From IMG/VR virus record IMGVR_UViG_3300022602_000055: a stretch of 64,000 nucleotides of DNA. One strand, given 5' to 3'. How positions within the stretch are numbered: position 1 is the first letter of the stretch; each line of letters begins with the position of its first letter. The notes beneath the pieces are model-generated. The model had not been told where the DNA came from. It did no database searches and worked only from the letters and a program-made list of their open reading frames with translations. The DNA is from an uncultured virus (IMG/VR IMGVR_UViG_3300022602_000055). Taxonomy: Duplodnaviria > Heunggongvirae > Uroviricota > Caudoviricetes. Positions 16,287 to 25,804 of the stretch are shown here, one piece after another. Both the position numbers and the translations under genes were made by a program.

Positions 16287-16547
16287 TTAAAGTAGACCTT
16301 TCTCTACCAACGATTCTCTCACGGATTTGGCTACTTTTTGTCCCTCTGTAGCCTGCGATTCTGTAATTACAGCTGAAATAACCCTAGATATGTTCTTTAG
16401 GTGTATCGCATCTAGAAGTTCCTGACACGCCTGCTTGATATCTAGTTCGCTGGCACTACGGGAAAGCTCTGGATTATCGACAATTGGATTGGCGGTTACC
16501 CTGCCGTCTTCATGGATACGGACAGTAAATTCTGTTAAAACCTTCAC
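16287..16547 (-). CDS. Hypothetical protein
   Basis: ORF in operon. Confidence 0.7.
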   Translation of the reverse strand: MKVLTEFTVRIHEDGRVTANPIVDNPELSRSASELDIKQACQELLDAIHLKNISRVISAVITESQATEGQKVAKSVRESLVEKGLL

Positions 16548-17080
16548 TAGTTATACAAGCCCTTAGACTGGAAGGACTTCTTCTGATAGTGCATCTTGGC
16601 TGGGCAGAAGTCGCATAGATAAATCTTTGGTCGTGCGTTGGAATCCATACCAGCAGCTTTACGCTCTACAGCGGTATCTGGTTGAAGCACCTTACGGTCA
16701 CTCTTGTAGTCTGAGCAGCCACTTGAAGGGCGAAGGTGAAGGCTAAAACAGCTCATGGCATCTTCAGCAAAGATGGACTTAGTCTCGTAGAAGTTGGTTC
16801 CAAAGGCGTCAAGACCTGATGAACCGCCTTTAATCTGCTCTACGATGCTCTTCTTGACATCTTCTCTAGCCCAATACTTAAGCGGAAACTTAAGTAGGTT
16901 ACCTAAATGGGGTTCTGGGCGTTGATGACGCTGGGTGGCGATTTCAAGCAAGGTGTCGTACTCTGTAGGACCATCAAAGTCAGGAAGCTCTTCAATAGTC
17001 TTACAGGTACGGCAAACCAATAAACGAATCTGCGGCTCTTCTTGCTCTTTTTGAGCCAGCGCTTTAATGTCTACTGCCAA
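16547..17080 (-). CDS. Cys/His-rich hypothetical protein
   Basis: CRTC, HQ..H, C..H..C, CDFC; AGGAG RBS. Confidence 0.75.
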   Translation of the reverse strand: MAVDIKALAQKEQEEPQIRLLVCRTCKTIEELPDFDGPTEYDTLLEIATQRHQRPEPHLGNLLKFPLKYWAREDVKKSIVEQIKGGSSGLDAFGTNFYETKSIFAEDAMSCFSLHLRPSSGCSDYKSDRKVLQPDTAVERKAAGMDSNARPKIYLCDFCPAKMHYQKKSFQSKGLYN

Positions 17081-17121
17081 TTTATGCTCCTAATTAGTAT
17101 TGGTATTGTATCTTAACAGTA

Positions 17122-17988
17122 TTATTCTCTAGGACGTGATGCGACAGCCATTGCTGGGCTATCAATTTTGCAAGTCCCGTTTGGACAACTACCACCTGTT
17201 TCCGTAGTTCTGGTGCAGTTAGGGGTACTGCAAGGACCTGAAATACTTCCCCCACTACGACCAGACTGCTTCTGCAACTGAGCAACATGGCTGTGGAATT
17301 CTTGACGAACGGATTCTCTAGCAGCCCTATCTCCAGATAGATTAGCAGCTGTAAAACGATTTGCAGCTCCAGTAATTTTATTTCTAATTCCTGCAAAGGT
17401 TCCTGAAGCAACTTCATCGGCATCATGTCCAGGTCTAAAAATTGGATTATCTCTACCGCCTGGCAAGAAACGCTTATACGCACCCTGCTTTTCATCATGG
17501 TCTGCTGGGACTGCTATATTTGACTCAGCACGACGTTCGCCACTGTCAGGAGCAATCGTGGTAGCTCGTGAGCCAGATTTAGCGCCCATTGAATTAGATG
17601 TGTATCTTGGAGCTCTTGCAGCTCCTCCAGCTACCTGACCATTTGGTTTAAAAGTCTCTGTGTCGCGCTCTGCTGCAGCTTTTCTAATGTCTTTTACGAC
17701 TCCAGCTGCCATCATCTTTCTAGCTTCTTTAGAGCCTGGGACTGCAACAGTAACTCTCTTTTTACCAGAAGGTGAGGAAGGTGATTGATTTTGCTTGCGA
17801 CCCTTATTTACTAATGAAAGTGCAGCTTGAGCAGAACCGCCCGCTGGAAGGACTTTCTTAGCACGACTTTTTTTATTAGGGTCGAGCGTTACCTCTGCTT
17901 TTTTATAGCCACCAGGGCGTGAAGCCTTGCTTCCGCGCTCTTCATCGGGTTCATCTCGTTCCCAGCTATATGTAGCTCTCCTTGCCAT
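17122..17988 (-). CDS. Basic low-complexity protein with C-terminal Cys4
   Basis: Arg/Lys/Ala/Ser-rich ORF. Confidence 0.7.
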   Translation of the reverse strand: MARRATYSWERDEPDEERGSKASRPGGYKKAEVTLDPNKKSRAKKVLPAGGSAQAALSLVNKGRKQNQSPSSPSGKKRVTVAVPGSKEARKMMAAGVVKDIRKAAAERDTETFKPNGQVAGGAARAPRYTSNSMGAKSGSRATTIAPDSGERRAESNIAVPADHDEKQGAYKRFLPGGRDNPIFRPGHDADEVASGTFAGIRNKITGAANRFTAANLSGDRAARESVRQEFHSHVAQLQKQSGRSGGSISGPCSTPNCTRTTETGGSCPNGTCKIDSPAMAVASRPRE

Positions 17989-17991
17989 GGT

Positions 17992-18159
17992 TTATCCCTT
18001 CGGGGTTTTTGGAGTCTTAGGGGTATTTGGCTCTTTAGGCTTTACTGCTCTAGTAGTCCACTTACCGCCTGGATGAATCTTGTCTACTCTGTTAAAAAAC
18101 ACATCTTCTTTAAACGCATCAGCGTTTATACCGCCCTTAAATTCTTTAGCGCGTGCCAT
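17992..18159 (-). CDS. Small basic protein (TPK repeats)
   Basis: GGAG RBS before ATG18159. Confidence 0.65.
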   Translation of the reverse strand: MARAKEFKGGINADAFKEDVFFNRVDKIHPGGKWTTRAVKPKEPNTPKTPKTPKG

Positions 18160-18358
18160 TTCTCCGCCATCCAATACGGTGACCAGGACCCGTTGGGTCA
18201 GTGTTGATTTTAATTACTTTAGGCCGAGGGCCATTTGCTTCTTCAGCTGCTTTACTCTGAGGGTACATGACATCTGAGGATGTTGGTATAGGTGACTGAA
18301 TAGAGGTATTAAAAGCTTCTGAACGAGATTCTTTGCTTGCTTTACGACGAATTGCCAT
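18146..18358 (-). CDS. Small basic protein
   Basis: Coupled ORF. Confidence 0.65.
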   Translation of the reverse strand: MAIRRKASKESRSEAFNTSIQSPIPTSSDVMYPQSKAAEEANGPRPKVIKINTDPTGPGHRIGWRRNGTR

Positions 18359-18600
18359 TAGCTGTTACGCTCCTTGTCTGCTTTATGCGCTGCAGTTCTC
18401 TCTGCCTCAGCCTCAGCTGCGTCTGGTCCATGCTTTGCCACAAGCTTTGCATTATTTTCTTCTCGCTCTTCATCACGCATACTTGCAGCAGTCTTTACTT
18501 TTCCTAGAACATCATTAGATAAATTCATAGGAGGAAATGGTGATGGCTGTGGCGCGTAATTAGGAATACGACGAACATCGTGGGCGCGGTCTTTAGCCAT
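18358..18600 (-). CDS. Small protein with DRAHDVRRIP motif
   Basis: Coupled ORF; N-terminus paralogous to the adjacent gene. Confidence 0.7.
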   Translation of the reverse strand: MAKDRAHDVRRIPNYAPQPSPFPPMNLSNDVLGKVKTAASMRDEEREENNAKLVAKHGPDAAEAEAERTAAHKADKERNS

Positions 18601-18602
18601 GA

Positions 18603-18863
18603 TTAATTATCCTCATTAGGCTTAAACGCTCCTTTTACTTCTCCCAAAAGTTTGCCCATGTTTCCAGCCTTGCCCTTACCAGAAAGTGCGGCTTCTACGC
18701 CAGTTCTAGGTCCTGAAGCATACGCATCTGTTCTGCGCGGAATGTATGCAGTGGTGTGTTGGTCTTCAGGAAGTTCCATAAATGTGTATTTTCCTGTAAC
18801 CCCAGAAGGAATACTTGGAACTCTTCTAGGGTCGTTAGCTCTATCGTTTTTAATAATTGCCAT
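18603..18863 (-). CDS. Small protein with DRANDPRRVP motif
   Basis: ORF in operon. Confidence 0.7.
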   Translation of the reverse strand: MAIIKNDRANDPRRVPSIPSGVTGKYTFMELPEDQHTTAYIPRRTDAYASGPRTGVEAALSGKGKAGNMGKLLGEVKGAFKPNEDN

Positions 18864-18865
18864 GA

Positions 18866-19072
18866 TTAAGCCCCTGGATTTACTTTGTTAGGCTCTTCGC
18901 TGTTGATAAAGCCATAGTTCCAATAAGGATGTAGACCAGCACGGTTTTGAATAACCTTTTGGTCGCCCATACCTGGAGCTACCTCTGTATTTGGACGACG
19001 CTTACGGTATTTGCCGTCTGTTGCTCCTTCAGCGAGCGAAGCGTTCTCAGAACGTACCTTGCGAACTGTCAT
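18866..19072 (-). CDS. Conserved small hypothetical protein (EGATDGKYRK)
   Basis: ORF in operon. Confidence 0.7.
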   Translation of the reverse strand: MTVRKVRSENASLAEGATDGKYRKRRPNTEVAPGMGDQKVIQNRAGLHPYWNYGFINSEEPNKVNPGA

Positions 19073-19302
19073 GCCATTCCACCTTCTACTTGTTTACGGG
19101 ACTCTCTTCTCTTGCAATGTGGGCAAAGCTCACCGTACAAGGCTTGCAAAGGATTCAATGTGTAGACTCCGCAACTTTTACAGGTGCGTGAACCGTTATA
19201 CGTTGTTTCCTTTAATTCTTGTTGTGTGGAATACTGAACATCATGTGCGCCAGCCATTCCATCTCCAGCAGAATCAGTCATCAATCCTGGGTCGTTTCGC
19301 AT
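19069..19302 (-). CDS. Small Zn-ribbon protein
   Basis: CKSC and CPHC; AGGAG RBS. Confidence 0.7.
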   Translation of the reverse strand: MRNDPGLMTDSAGDGMAGAHDVQYSTQQELKETTYNGSRTCKSCGVYTLNPLQALYGELCPHCKRRESRKQVEGGMA

Positions 19303-19694
19303 CAGACGTTATCTCCTAACGCATTTCGGCTTGATGATTGCGTCGAGTTAGGTGTCTGGCTGTAGTCAGACTCAACACGTTGCTGCGACGGCATTCTTCC
19401 TGGTGCATCAATTATGTCTGTTAATTCGTACTCTGTATTGACATACCCATAACGAGCTGGAAATAGTTGTACTTGAGGAAGTGGTGGGCGTACATACTCC
19501 TGAAGCTCTGCTCTATCCATCGTATGGGAAGCCATAGCCTGCGACAGCAAACGCTCTTGATTAGACGCAAATGGTCCTATGTATTGTTGTGGAGGATAAG
19601 CAGCCTCTGGTGGGGCTTGCCAAGGTTTGCGGGAGTAAACACCGTCTGACATTCTTCCTGGCATTATGCCCAGCTTGGACGCATGCGTGACCAT
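19302..19694 (-). CDS. Pro-rich hypothetical protein
   Basis: ORF in operon; start uncertain. Confidence 0.65.
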   Translation of the reverse strand: MVTHASKLGIMPGRMSDGVYSRKPWQAPPEAAYPPQQYIGPFASNQERLLSQAMASHTMDRAELQEYVRPPLPQVQLFPARYGYVNTEYELTDIIDAPGRMPSQQRVESDYSQTPNSTQSSSRNALGDNV

Positions 19695-20191
19695 TGGTCA
19701 ACGCGACGCTGATTGATTTCCATTGGCGATGTGCTCTGCGTATTTGTCTTACCATCATTAGGAAGGTGAGGAGCAGGAGCAAGTAAAGGATTTACGCCGA
19801 AACGTTTTGGAGCTTGACCTCTGCGAGCAGCAGCCATCTGACGTTTGATTCCTTGGTCAGCTCTCATTGACGAATTCCAGAAGTAATCTGATTGGTCTAC
19901 ACGCTCACCACGGTGAACACCACGTTGATAAGAACGCTGAGTAACGCGTTGCTTAGTACCATCAAGCACGCGTTCTGATGTTGAACCTGGACGTCCGCGG
20001 TCATCGCGACGTGTGCGAATAGTTCCTAAATAACCATCAGGATATTCGGCTTGTGGGGTGCGACCAACGCCAAGGCGTAAAAAGTCAAGCTCGGAACGAG
20101 CGACTGGTACACCACCGCCACCATAGTTAGTGTTGGTGCCATACATGCCACCCGCGCCAAGATTCTGCAAGTTTTGATGTGTACTTGGCAT
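19664..20191 (-). CDS. Arg-rich hypothetical protein (AEYPDGYLGTI motif)
   Basis: AAGGA RBS; ORF. Confidence 0.75.
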   Translation of the reverse strand: MPSTHQNLQNLGAGGMYGTNTNYGGGGVPVARSELDFLRLGVGRTPQAEYPDGYLGTIRTRRDDRGRPGSTSERVLDGTKQRVTQRSYQRGVHRGERVDQSDYFWNSSMRADQGIKRQMAAARRGQAPKRFGVNPLLAPAPHLPNDGKTNTQSTSPMEINQRRVDQWSRMRPSWA

Positions 20192-20201
20192 TTGTTATTC
20201 C

Positions 20202-20519
20202 TTAACGGGCGTTGTCGGCGGTCACTCCATCGTAGAAATTAGGCTTTGTGCGATTTACTGCTGGTGCAATAATGCGACCATTAGCTTGAGTAGCTCCAGC
20301 TTCTGGTGATGTTCCACCAGACAATTTAACGCTTACTCCGTAACGAGCACCCATTGATTCGATTGAACTCTTTGCAGCTAAACGAGGAACATACTTACCT
20401 GTTGCTCCGCCTGCAGCTGGGTTGCCTTTCTTAACAAGCTTGCCCTTTTCAGGAGCCTCTGTCTGAGCCTTGGTGTTTCCAGGCTTAGTAAACTTGTTGT
20501 CTGCTGAACTCTTTTTCAT
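20202..20519 (-). CDS. Basic hypothetical protein
   Basis: GGAG RBS; ORF. Confidence 0.7.
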   Translation of the reverse strand: MKKSSADNKFTKPGNTKAQTEAPEKGKLVKKGNPAAGGATGKYVPRLAAKSSIESMGARYGVSVKLSGGTSPEAGATQANGRIIAPAVNRTKPNFYDGVTADNAR

Positions 20520-20579
20520 TATTTCTCCATAGCGCTAGGATTAATTACAGGATACGAGTAATAAGCCTTTTTTTCAGGC

Positions 20580-20855
20580 TTAACGTACTTCTACTGTAAT
20601 TATGATTGCGCTGATATCGCCGTCATGGCTTTTAATCGTGGTAAATCCTGGGATAAAGACCAGGTCCATGCCTCTAGGGGCGGTATATCCACGGGCGATG
20701 GCGATTGCCTTAACGGCTTGGTTTGTTGCTCCTGCGCCTACTGCACGAATACTGCAGGTTCTATTTTCATAGATGGCGTGGGCGATTGCTGATGCTAGGG
20801 ATTGTGGGCTTGTCCCCGCCCCAGCGCGAAGTGGTTCGTTTTTGTCTGTAGTCAT
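20580..20855 (-). CDS. spoVS: SpoVS family protein (Alba-like fold)
   Basis: IRAVGAGATNQAVKAIAIARG closely matches the SpoVS signature IQAIGAGALNQAVKAVAIARG. Confidence 0.9.
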   Translation of the reverse strand: MTTDKNEPLRAGAGTSPQSLASAIAHAIYENRTCSIRAVGAGATNQAVKAIAIARGYTAPRGMDLVFIPGFTTIKSHDGDISAIIITVEVR

Positions 20856-20923
20856 TTGTACCTTCTTGTAGTCCTAATAAGACTATAAGTATCGCAATCA
20901 GGTACCTAAGCTGTCAGGACAAA

Positions 20924-21136
20924 CTAAGGTTTATCTAAAGGAGTTGGAGCTAGGGCATATGAGCCACATATAGCGCACTCCATCTCAAGCAAATACTGGG
21001 AAATTTCATAGTCCTCAAAGGACACTTTTAATAGCCACAGATTACTTTCACACTTAGGACACTCATGGAGCACGGTATTTGCGTACTCCATGGTGCCTGT
21101 GTAATCTGGCTTTAGTTCTCTAATTGATTTTGCCAT
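20924..21136 (-). CDS. Zn-ribbon protein
   Basis: CPKC and CAIC. Confidence 0.7.
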   Translation of the reverse strand: MAKSIRELKPDYTGTMEYANTVLHECPKCESNLWLLKVSFEDYEISQYLLEMECAICGSYALAPTPLDKP

Positions 21137-21342
21137 TGTGTTATTAAACTAGAAATTACTCTAAAAGAAACATCAAAATAAATTGACGCGTGCGTTGCTA
21201 AGTCTTCTGGGTGATGGACGACATCACGGCTGAAAGTGTCATTTAAATAATCTATGAGACCTGGGCTAATCATTTTGACGAACTCCTCATTGGTCATGTA
21301 CCCACGGGAACGCTTCTCTGACTCACTCATCTTCTGCCTCAA
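21112..21342 (-). CDS. Hypothetical protein
   Basis: ORF in operon. Confidence 0.65.
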   Translation of the reverse strand: MRQKMSESEKRSRGYMTNEEFVKMISPGLIDYLNDTFSRDVVHHPEDLATHASIYFDVSFRVISSLITQWQNQLEN

Positions 21343-21646
21343 AATCTAAATCGTCATCAAGCTCTACTTTGTCTACGCAATCACAGTCCCCGTCACAACC
21401 TTCGCAACCACACTCTGGGTCTTCACAGATAAAGTTGTCCTCGTCCACTTTTCTTACTCCTATCTCTTCGCATATGTAGTAGGTATAGTCGTCGATGGTC
21501 TCCACCGCACGACGAAATTTATCAGGAAAATCTGATTGTTGCAGGAGCCACGTTATTAAACCTCGAACGTGTTTTGCATAGTAGGCGTTTTGTTCTGTAC
21601 GGGTCATCTCGTAAAAGTTAACGCTATCAGGCCTAGGAAGCTCCAC
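21323..21646 (-). CDS. Hypothetical protein with acidic Cys-rich tail
   Basis: CEDPECGCEGCDGDCDC. Confidence 0.65.
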   Translation of the reverse strand: MELPRPDSVNFYEMTRTEQNAYYAKHVRGLITWLLQQSDFPDKFRRAVETIDDYTYYICEEIGVRKVDEDNFICEDPECGCEGCDGDCDCVDKVELDDDLDFEAEDE

Positions 21647-21647
21647 A

Positions 21648-22190
21648 TTAACCTCTAAACTTAGGGTCGCTTAACTTATCTAAAACCTCTTTATGGTAAG
21701 CATACTTAACAGTACCCTTTACCATCTGAGCCAGCACATACGAATCAGCAGCATTATCATCCGTAAACTCAACGCCAAAAGTTTTATAAACCTGTAAAAG
21801 GACTTGACTCTTGCTAACACCGTTACCCTTTCCAGCAATATATTTCTTAAGGTTGGTAGGTGGGATGATTAAAGGGTAGATACCAAACTCTAATAAAGTT
21901 AACTTAACCATTCCGCCAAGCTCGCCTAGGTTGTAAACCTGACCAGCTCCAGCATAGGCATAACCTTCCATGGCAACATCTTTTATATGGTCAAACTCAT
22001 GTAACCAATTCATAATGTAAGCCTGAATGTCGCGCAGTCTATCTGTGCCACGCTTATCTGATGAATAGACCTCGGTATAAAAACCTCCGTCACCTACAGC
22101 AGTTATGGCAAACCCACTGTAAGACTGGTCAATACCTAGCCATACAGGTTCGCCTGAAATTATTCCGTCTTGAAATACTTTAAGACTCAT
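21648..22190 (-). CDS. ruvC: RuvC-like Holliday junction resolvase
   Basis: LGIDQS, VAMEGY, DDNAADS catalytic motifs. Confidence 0.85.
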   Translation of the reverse strand: MSLKVFQDGIISGEPVWLGIDQSYSGFAITAVGDGGFYTEVYSSDKRGTDRLRDIQAYIMNWLHEFDHIKDVAMEGYAYAGAGQVYNLGELGGMVKLTLLEFGIYPLIIPPTNLKKYIAGKGNGVSKSQVLLQVYKTFGVEFTDDNAADSYVLAQMVKGTVKYAYHKEVLDKLSDPKFRG

Positions 22191-22663
22191 GTGGTAAATC
22201 TATTGTTAGAGTTAAAGTTATTATTACGGCGAGTAATCTCACGGCTTGCTACTTTGGTGCTCTCTTCTACACCTTTTTGCATATTTTCAATAAGCACTCT
22301 GTAGTGACCAGCTACAGCAGCAGCATCGGCAAGCTTCTCTATCTCAGGGTCGAGAAGTATCTTGGCTCTAGTCTTGGCAACTGTTTCACCTTTGGGGGCT
22401 TCAATTAAATATTTTGCCTCCGCCTTTTCCAAAACCTTATTTAGGCGCTCTTCGTCAATCTTGGCAAAAGCAATCTGCATCAACAAGAAGGTGTTGTACT
22501 CGGTCATCAAACTGAATAGGGACATTAAATCTGTGCTGTCCATCTCAGTAATATCCTCGGGCAACTTTGGAGGTGTAAAGCCAAAGTTGTTGATACGCAT
22601 ACCCTGATTTCTCAGGGCTTTTAAAAGCTCGTCTGTATATGGTGTAACTGATAACTCAATCAC
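22187..22663 (-). CDS. Helical protein, possibly a UvsY-like recombination mediator
   Basis: Coiled-coil ending SREITRR; located in the recombination cluster. Confidence 0.4.
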   Translation of the reverse strand: MIELSVTPYTDELLKALRNQGMRINNFGFTPPKLPEDITEMDSTDLMSLFSLMTEYNTFLLMQIAFAKIDEERLNKVLEKAEAKYLIEAPKGETVAKTRAKILLDPEIEKLADAAAVAGHYRVLIENMQKGVEESTKVASREITRRNNNFNSNNRFTT

Positions 22664-23519
22664 TGTATCCCTCGCAACTCTTGCAGTTCTTAAACCCTAC
22701 ATTACATACAGGTGCTTTACCCTTTTCAATACAATCCAAGATTTTATATACGGCATCAAACTTCTCTGAGATGCCAAAGTCGCTCTTAGGAATAACAAAC
22801 TCTTTAGCAGTCTGGTCAGCCTTCTTCTCATACAGGAATAGAATCTCTTGCGGACATTCCTTTTCATTACCAATTAACTCAATAAGTTTTAGGTAAATCT
22901 GAGCCTGCATGATGTGGGATTGGAAAGGTGTATCTAACTTCTTCCACGCCTCTTCAAAGGTATTCTCCATAAGCATTTCTGGAGCTTCCCAACGAAATGT
23001 ACCTTCACCAACCGTCTTAATCTCAAGTAGTAATGGGTTTCCATAACCAATAAGCCAACCATCGGCGTGACCACCAAATCGGAGTTCTTTGTGTACTAGC
23101 GGAACTTCTGCGTAGGTTTCCATCAGTCCATGACCTGCAGGACACTCTGGATACGGCATACCCCATACGCGCTCTCTGCAACCTTTAACCCAGCAACTCC
23201 AAGTGCCGTACAAAGTGCCATGTTGAGCAAACCAATTCTGCCAGCGTGCGTGGGCAGCGTGACCATTGGCAAATACATTCTCTGTGCTCAAACCATTTCG
23301 GGTTTCTGCCTTTAAGGGCTTGTGACCTTTTAGATGGAAATAAGATGCACGATGGCACCAAGTTTCTTTAGACATCTCTGATGGATGGAATACGTCTGTA
23401 CGACGTGACTCATCTCTTGGTCTAGATATTACATAACGTTCTAGTGGACCTAGAACTCTAGTGTCCGCCTTTCCAGCTTCAGCAAATTTCTTGAAGCCTG
23501 GCGACAACTTTTGATTCAT
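22656..23519 (-). CDS. Cas4/RecB-like PD-(D/E)xK exonuclease
   Basis: HPS..WC, GHADG, EIKT, QAQIY and C-terminal Cys cluster. Confidence 0.85.
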   Translation of the reverse strand: MNQKLSPGFKKFAEAGKADTRVLGPLERYVISRPRDESRRTDVFHPSEMSKETWCHRASYFHLKGHKPLKAETRNGLSTENVFANGHAAHARWQNWFAQHGTLYGTWSCWVKGCRERVWGMPYPECPAGHGLMETYAEVPLVHKELRFGGHADGWLIGYGNPLLLEIKTVGEGTFRWEAPEMLMENTFEEAWKKLDTPFQSHIMQAQIYLKLIELIGNEKECPQEILFLYEKKADQTAKEFVIPKSDFGISEKFDAVYKILDCIEKGKAPVCNVGFKNCKSCEGYSD

Positions 23520-23521
23520 AC

Positions 23522-23839
23522 TTACCCCTTTTGATTTAGCAACTCCTCAACGGTCATCTTATTACTATAAGCCTTGCGTTGTAAAGCGTTGCGTTCACGG
23601 TGGGACTTTCCGCCCCAGATGCCGTGCTGTTCATCAATCTCTATCGCTGATAATAGACACTCTATCCTAACAGGGCAAACTGGTTTACCATCCTTACCAA
23701 GACAGACAGCCTTGGCACGGTCAGCAATATCTTTATAGTTATTTTTATCTCTTGGTGGGAACCACAACTCAGTATCCATGCCCTTACATTTGGCATGATT
23801 GTCCCAATGGTCTAGCTCGTCGCCTTTGTACAAGTGCAA
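23522..23839 (-). CDS. whiB: WhiB family transcription factor
   Basis: Four Cys (AKC, AVC, CPVRIEC) and GIWGG turn. Confidence 0.9.
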   Translation of the reverse strand: MHLYKGDELDHWDNHAKCKGMDTELWFPPRDKNNYKDIADRAKAVCLGKDGKPVCPVRIECLLSAIEIDEQHGIWGGKSHRERNALQRKAYSNKMTVEELLNQKG

Positions 23840-24150
23840 TCCTTTAGCTCATAGCAGAGCTCAAGGAAGTCGTCCTCAGTCAGGCAAACATAGTTTTCGC
23901 CATTTAAATGAAATCCAAGGACAGGTACTCGACTGTCAAGAATAGCTTCCTTAACAATCTTCTCAAGCACTGCTGCTTTGACAGTGATTTGAGTTTTGCC
24001 CGTCCACTTGTGCTCAATTAAAAGCTCAGGAGTCCGAACATCACCCTTCCGCTGCCAGAAACTTCCGCTCCCCGCGTTACGTTTCCCGCCAAAGGTCTTG
24101 GCTAGTCGGTCCTCGTGTTTCTTAGACTCCTTCTGTCCCTTAGTTCTCAT
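23812..24150 (-). CDS. PD-(D/E)xK nuclease / Hjc-like resolvase
   Basis: E...GSGS...KGDV...IEHK motif. Confidence 0.75.
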   Translation of the reverse strand: MRTKGQKESKKHEDRLAKTFGGKRNAGSGSFWQRKGDVRTPELLIEHKWTGKTQITVKAAVLEKIVKEAILDSRVPVLGFHLNGENYVCLTEDDFLELCYELKDCTCTKATS

Positions 24151-25195
24151 CGGACTCTGGGACATACTTGGAACTAATCTTGACGGCTTCACGAACCTCT
24201 TTATCGAGCATTTCTTGAAGGTCAAGTTCTTCTCTCAGTGAGGCAATAATAGCATCCTCGCCTTGCCACTGACGCTCGGCATACCGATAGTAGGCGCCAG
24301 CTCTTTTAACAACCTTAAATAACTTAGCTAAAGCCATTAACTCCTTGATGTAGTCAATCTCTCCAGCCTTAAAGTGCTCCCCATCATCAAAGTAGAAGTC
24401 AAAGCTGGCTACCTGTGCAGGTACCGCAGTCTTATTCTTAATAACCCTGACCTTGATGGTCTGACCTACTTTGTGCTTGTCCTGACCAGAGCCTTCTTCA
24501 ATCCAATCGTCACGCTTCAACTCCAATCGAGTTGAGAAGTGGTAGTTCTTTCCTTCCCCGCCTGGGGTTGTCCTTGGGTCGCCATACATCACACCAATCT
24601 TTGAGCGGAACTGGTTAATGACCAATCCTAGGAATGGTCGCTCTCCGCCTAGCAAACTACGCCGTGATGCAAACGTAATTTTGCGCCAAAACTTATTAAG
24701 TTGAAGGGCAGTTTTACCTACTACTGCTTCTCCCATTTCTTTCTCTGACTCCAGAGTAGTGAGTAGAGCAGGCAAAGAATCAATGACGATACAATCAATG
24801 TCTTTAGTTTCTGTGATTTCCAGAACTGCATCTAAAGCCTCCTCAAGGATATTTGTTGAAATTACATATACTCTATCGGTATCAACTCCGCACATCTTTG
24901 CGTGAGAAGGAACCCAGTCCTCAGCAGCTACCCACACAGTTGTAAAGTCTGGGTCAAGTGCTTGATTAGTAGCAATAGTTTTTAGCGCAAGTGCGGTCTT
25001 ACCATTACTTTGTTCACCAATAATTTCGTGCCACTTATTAAGTGACCATCCTCCACCTAAAGCAATGTCTAATGCTATAGAACCTGTAGGGATGCGACCG
25101 TAATCAACAACTTCTGAAGCCGATACAATCGTATCTGCTCCTAACTTTTTGTTAACCTTGTTAATTGCTTTTTCTAGTGCGCCTGTTGTTTTCAT
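24140..25195 (-). CDS. recA: RecA-like recombinase
   Basis: PTGSIALDIALGGG, Walker A GEQSNGKT, IVIDSL, INQFRSKIGVMYGDP. Confidence 0.95.
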   Translation of the reverse strand: MKTTGALEKAINKVNKKLGADTIVSASEVVDYGRIPTGSIALDIALGGGWSLNKWHEIIGEQSNGKTALALKTIATNQALDPDFTTVWVAAEDWVPSHAKMCGVDTDRVYVISTNILEEALDAVLEITETKDIDCIVIDSLPALLTTLESEKEMGEAVVGKTALQLNKFWRKITFASRRSLLGGERPFLGLVINQFRSKIGVMYGDPRTTPGGEGKNYHFSTRLELKRDDWIEEGSGQDKHKVGQTIKVRVIKNKTAVPAQVASFDFYFDDGEHFKAGEIDYIKELMALAKLFKVVKRAGAYYRYAERQWQGEDAIIASLREELDLQEMLDKEVREAVKISSKYVPESDEN

Positions 25196-25207
25196 ATGCC
25201 TATCCTA

Positions 25208-25804
25208 CTAGATACGACCGATAATCCCTTGCGGGTTCCATCCGCCTGTCGCGACCTGTATTGCCTTTCCTACAGGACCACCTTGGTTACCGCGGGATAT
25301 TCCAGACATACCGCTAGTGGTTTGCTTAACAGGATAACCACAGTCGTAACAACGGAAAACATCTTGACCTGGACCTGCCTGTGATGGCGGAGTCTTTCCA
25401 GTCTTTACATAGTTACCGCTACTGCATTCAGGGCAACGGTCATGTGCTGAATAACTTGCTGGCGGTTTATTTTCAAAACCCTGAACTTCAGAAAGTTTTT
25501 GTCCAGGCACCCCAGGATAAGGCTGTGGGGGATACGCCTGAGGTGGGTATGGCTGTTGATACTGTTGTGGTGGGTACGCCTGTGGTGGATAAGGTTGTGG
25601 TGGATACTGCTGTGGAGGGTACACGGGTGGTTGCTGAAATTGTGGTGGTGGATAAACAGGTGGCTGTTGTGGGTATTGAGGTGGATACGGCTGATACTGC
25701 TGTGGTGGTTGTGGATATTGAGGAGGCTGTGGCTGATATTGCTGAGGAGGTTGTTGCGGTCTATTCCCCAGTTGGCGTGACCACCAATCGCTATTGTTGC
25801 TCAT
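25208..25804 (-). CDS. Pro/Gln/Tyr-repeat protein with C-terminal Zn ribbon
   Basis: Tandem (Y)PPQ repeats; CPEC and CYDC. Confidence 0.75.
   Translation of the reverse strand: MSNNSDWWSRQLGNRPQQPPQQYQPQPPQYPQPPQQYQPYPPQYPQQPPVYPPPQFQQPPVYPPQQYPPQPYPPQAYPPQQYQQPYPPQAYPPQPYPGVPGQKLSEVQGFENKPPASYSAHDRCPECSSGNYVKTGKTPPSQAGPGQDVFRCYDCGYPVKQTTSGMSGISRGNQGGPVGKAIQVATGGWNPQGIIGRI

Noticed and set aside
22656..23519. Cas4-like gene as part of a CRISPR system
   Set aside because: Stand-alone Cas4/RecB-like nucleases are common in phage recombination clusters; here it lies among recA and ruvC.
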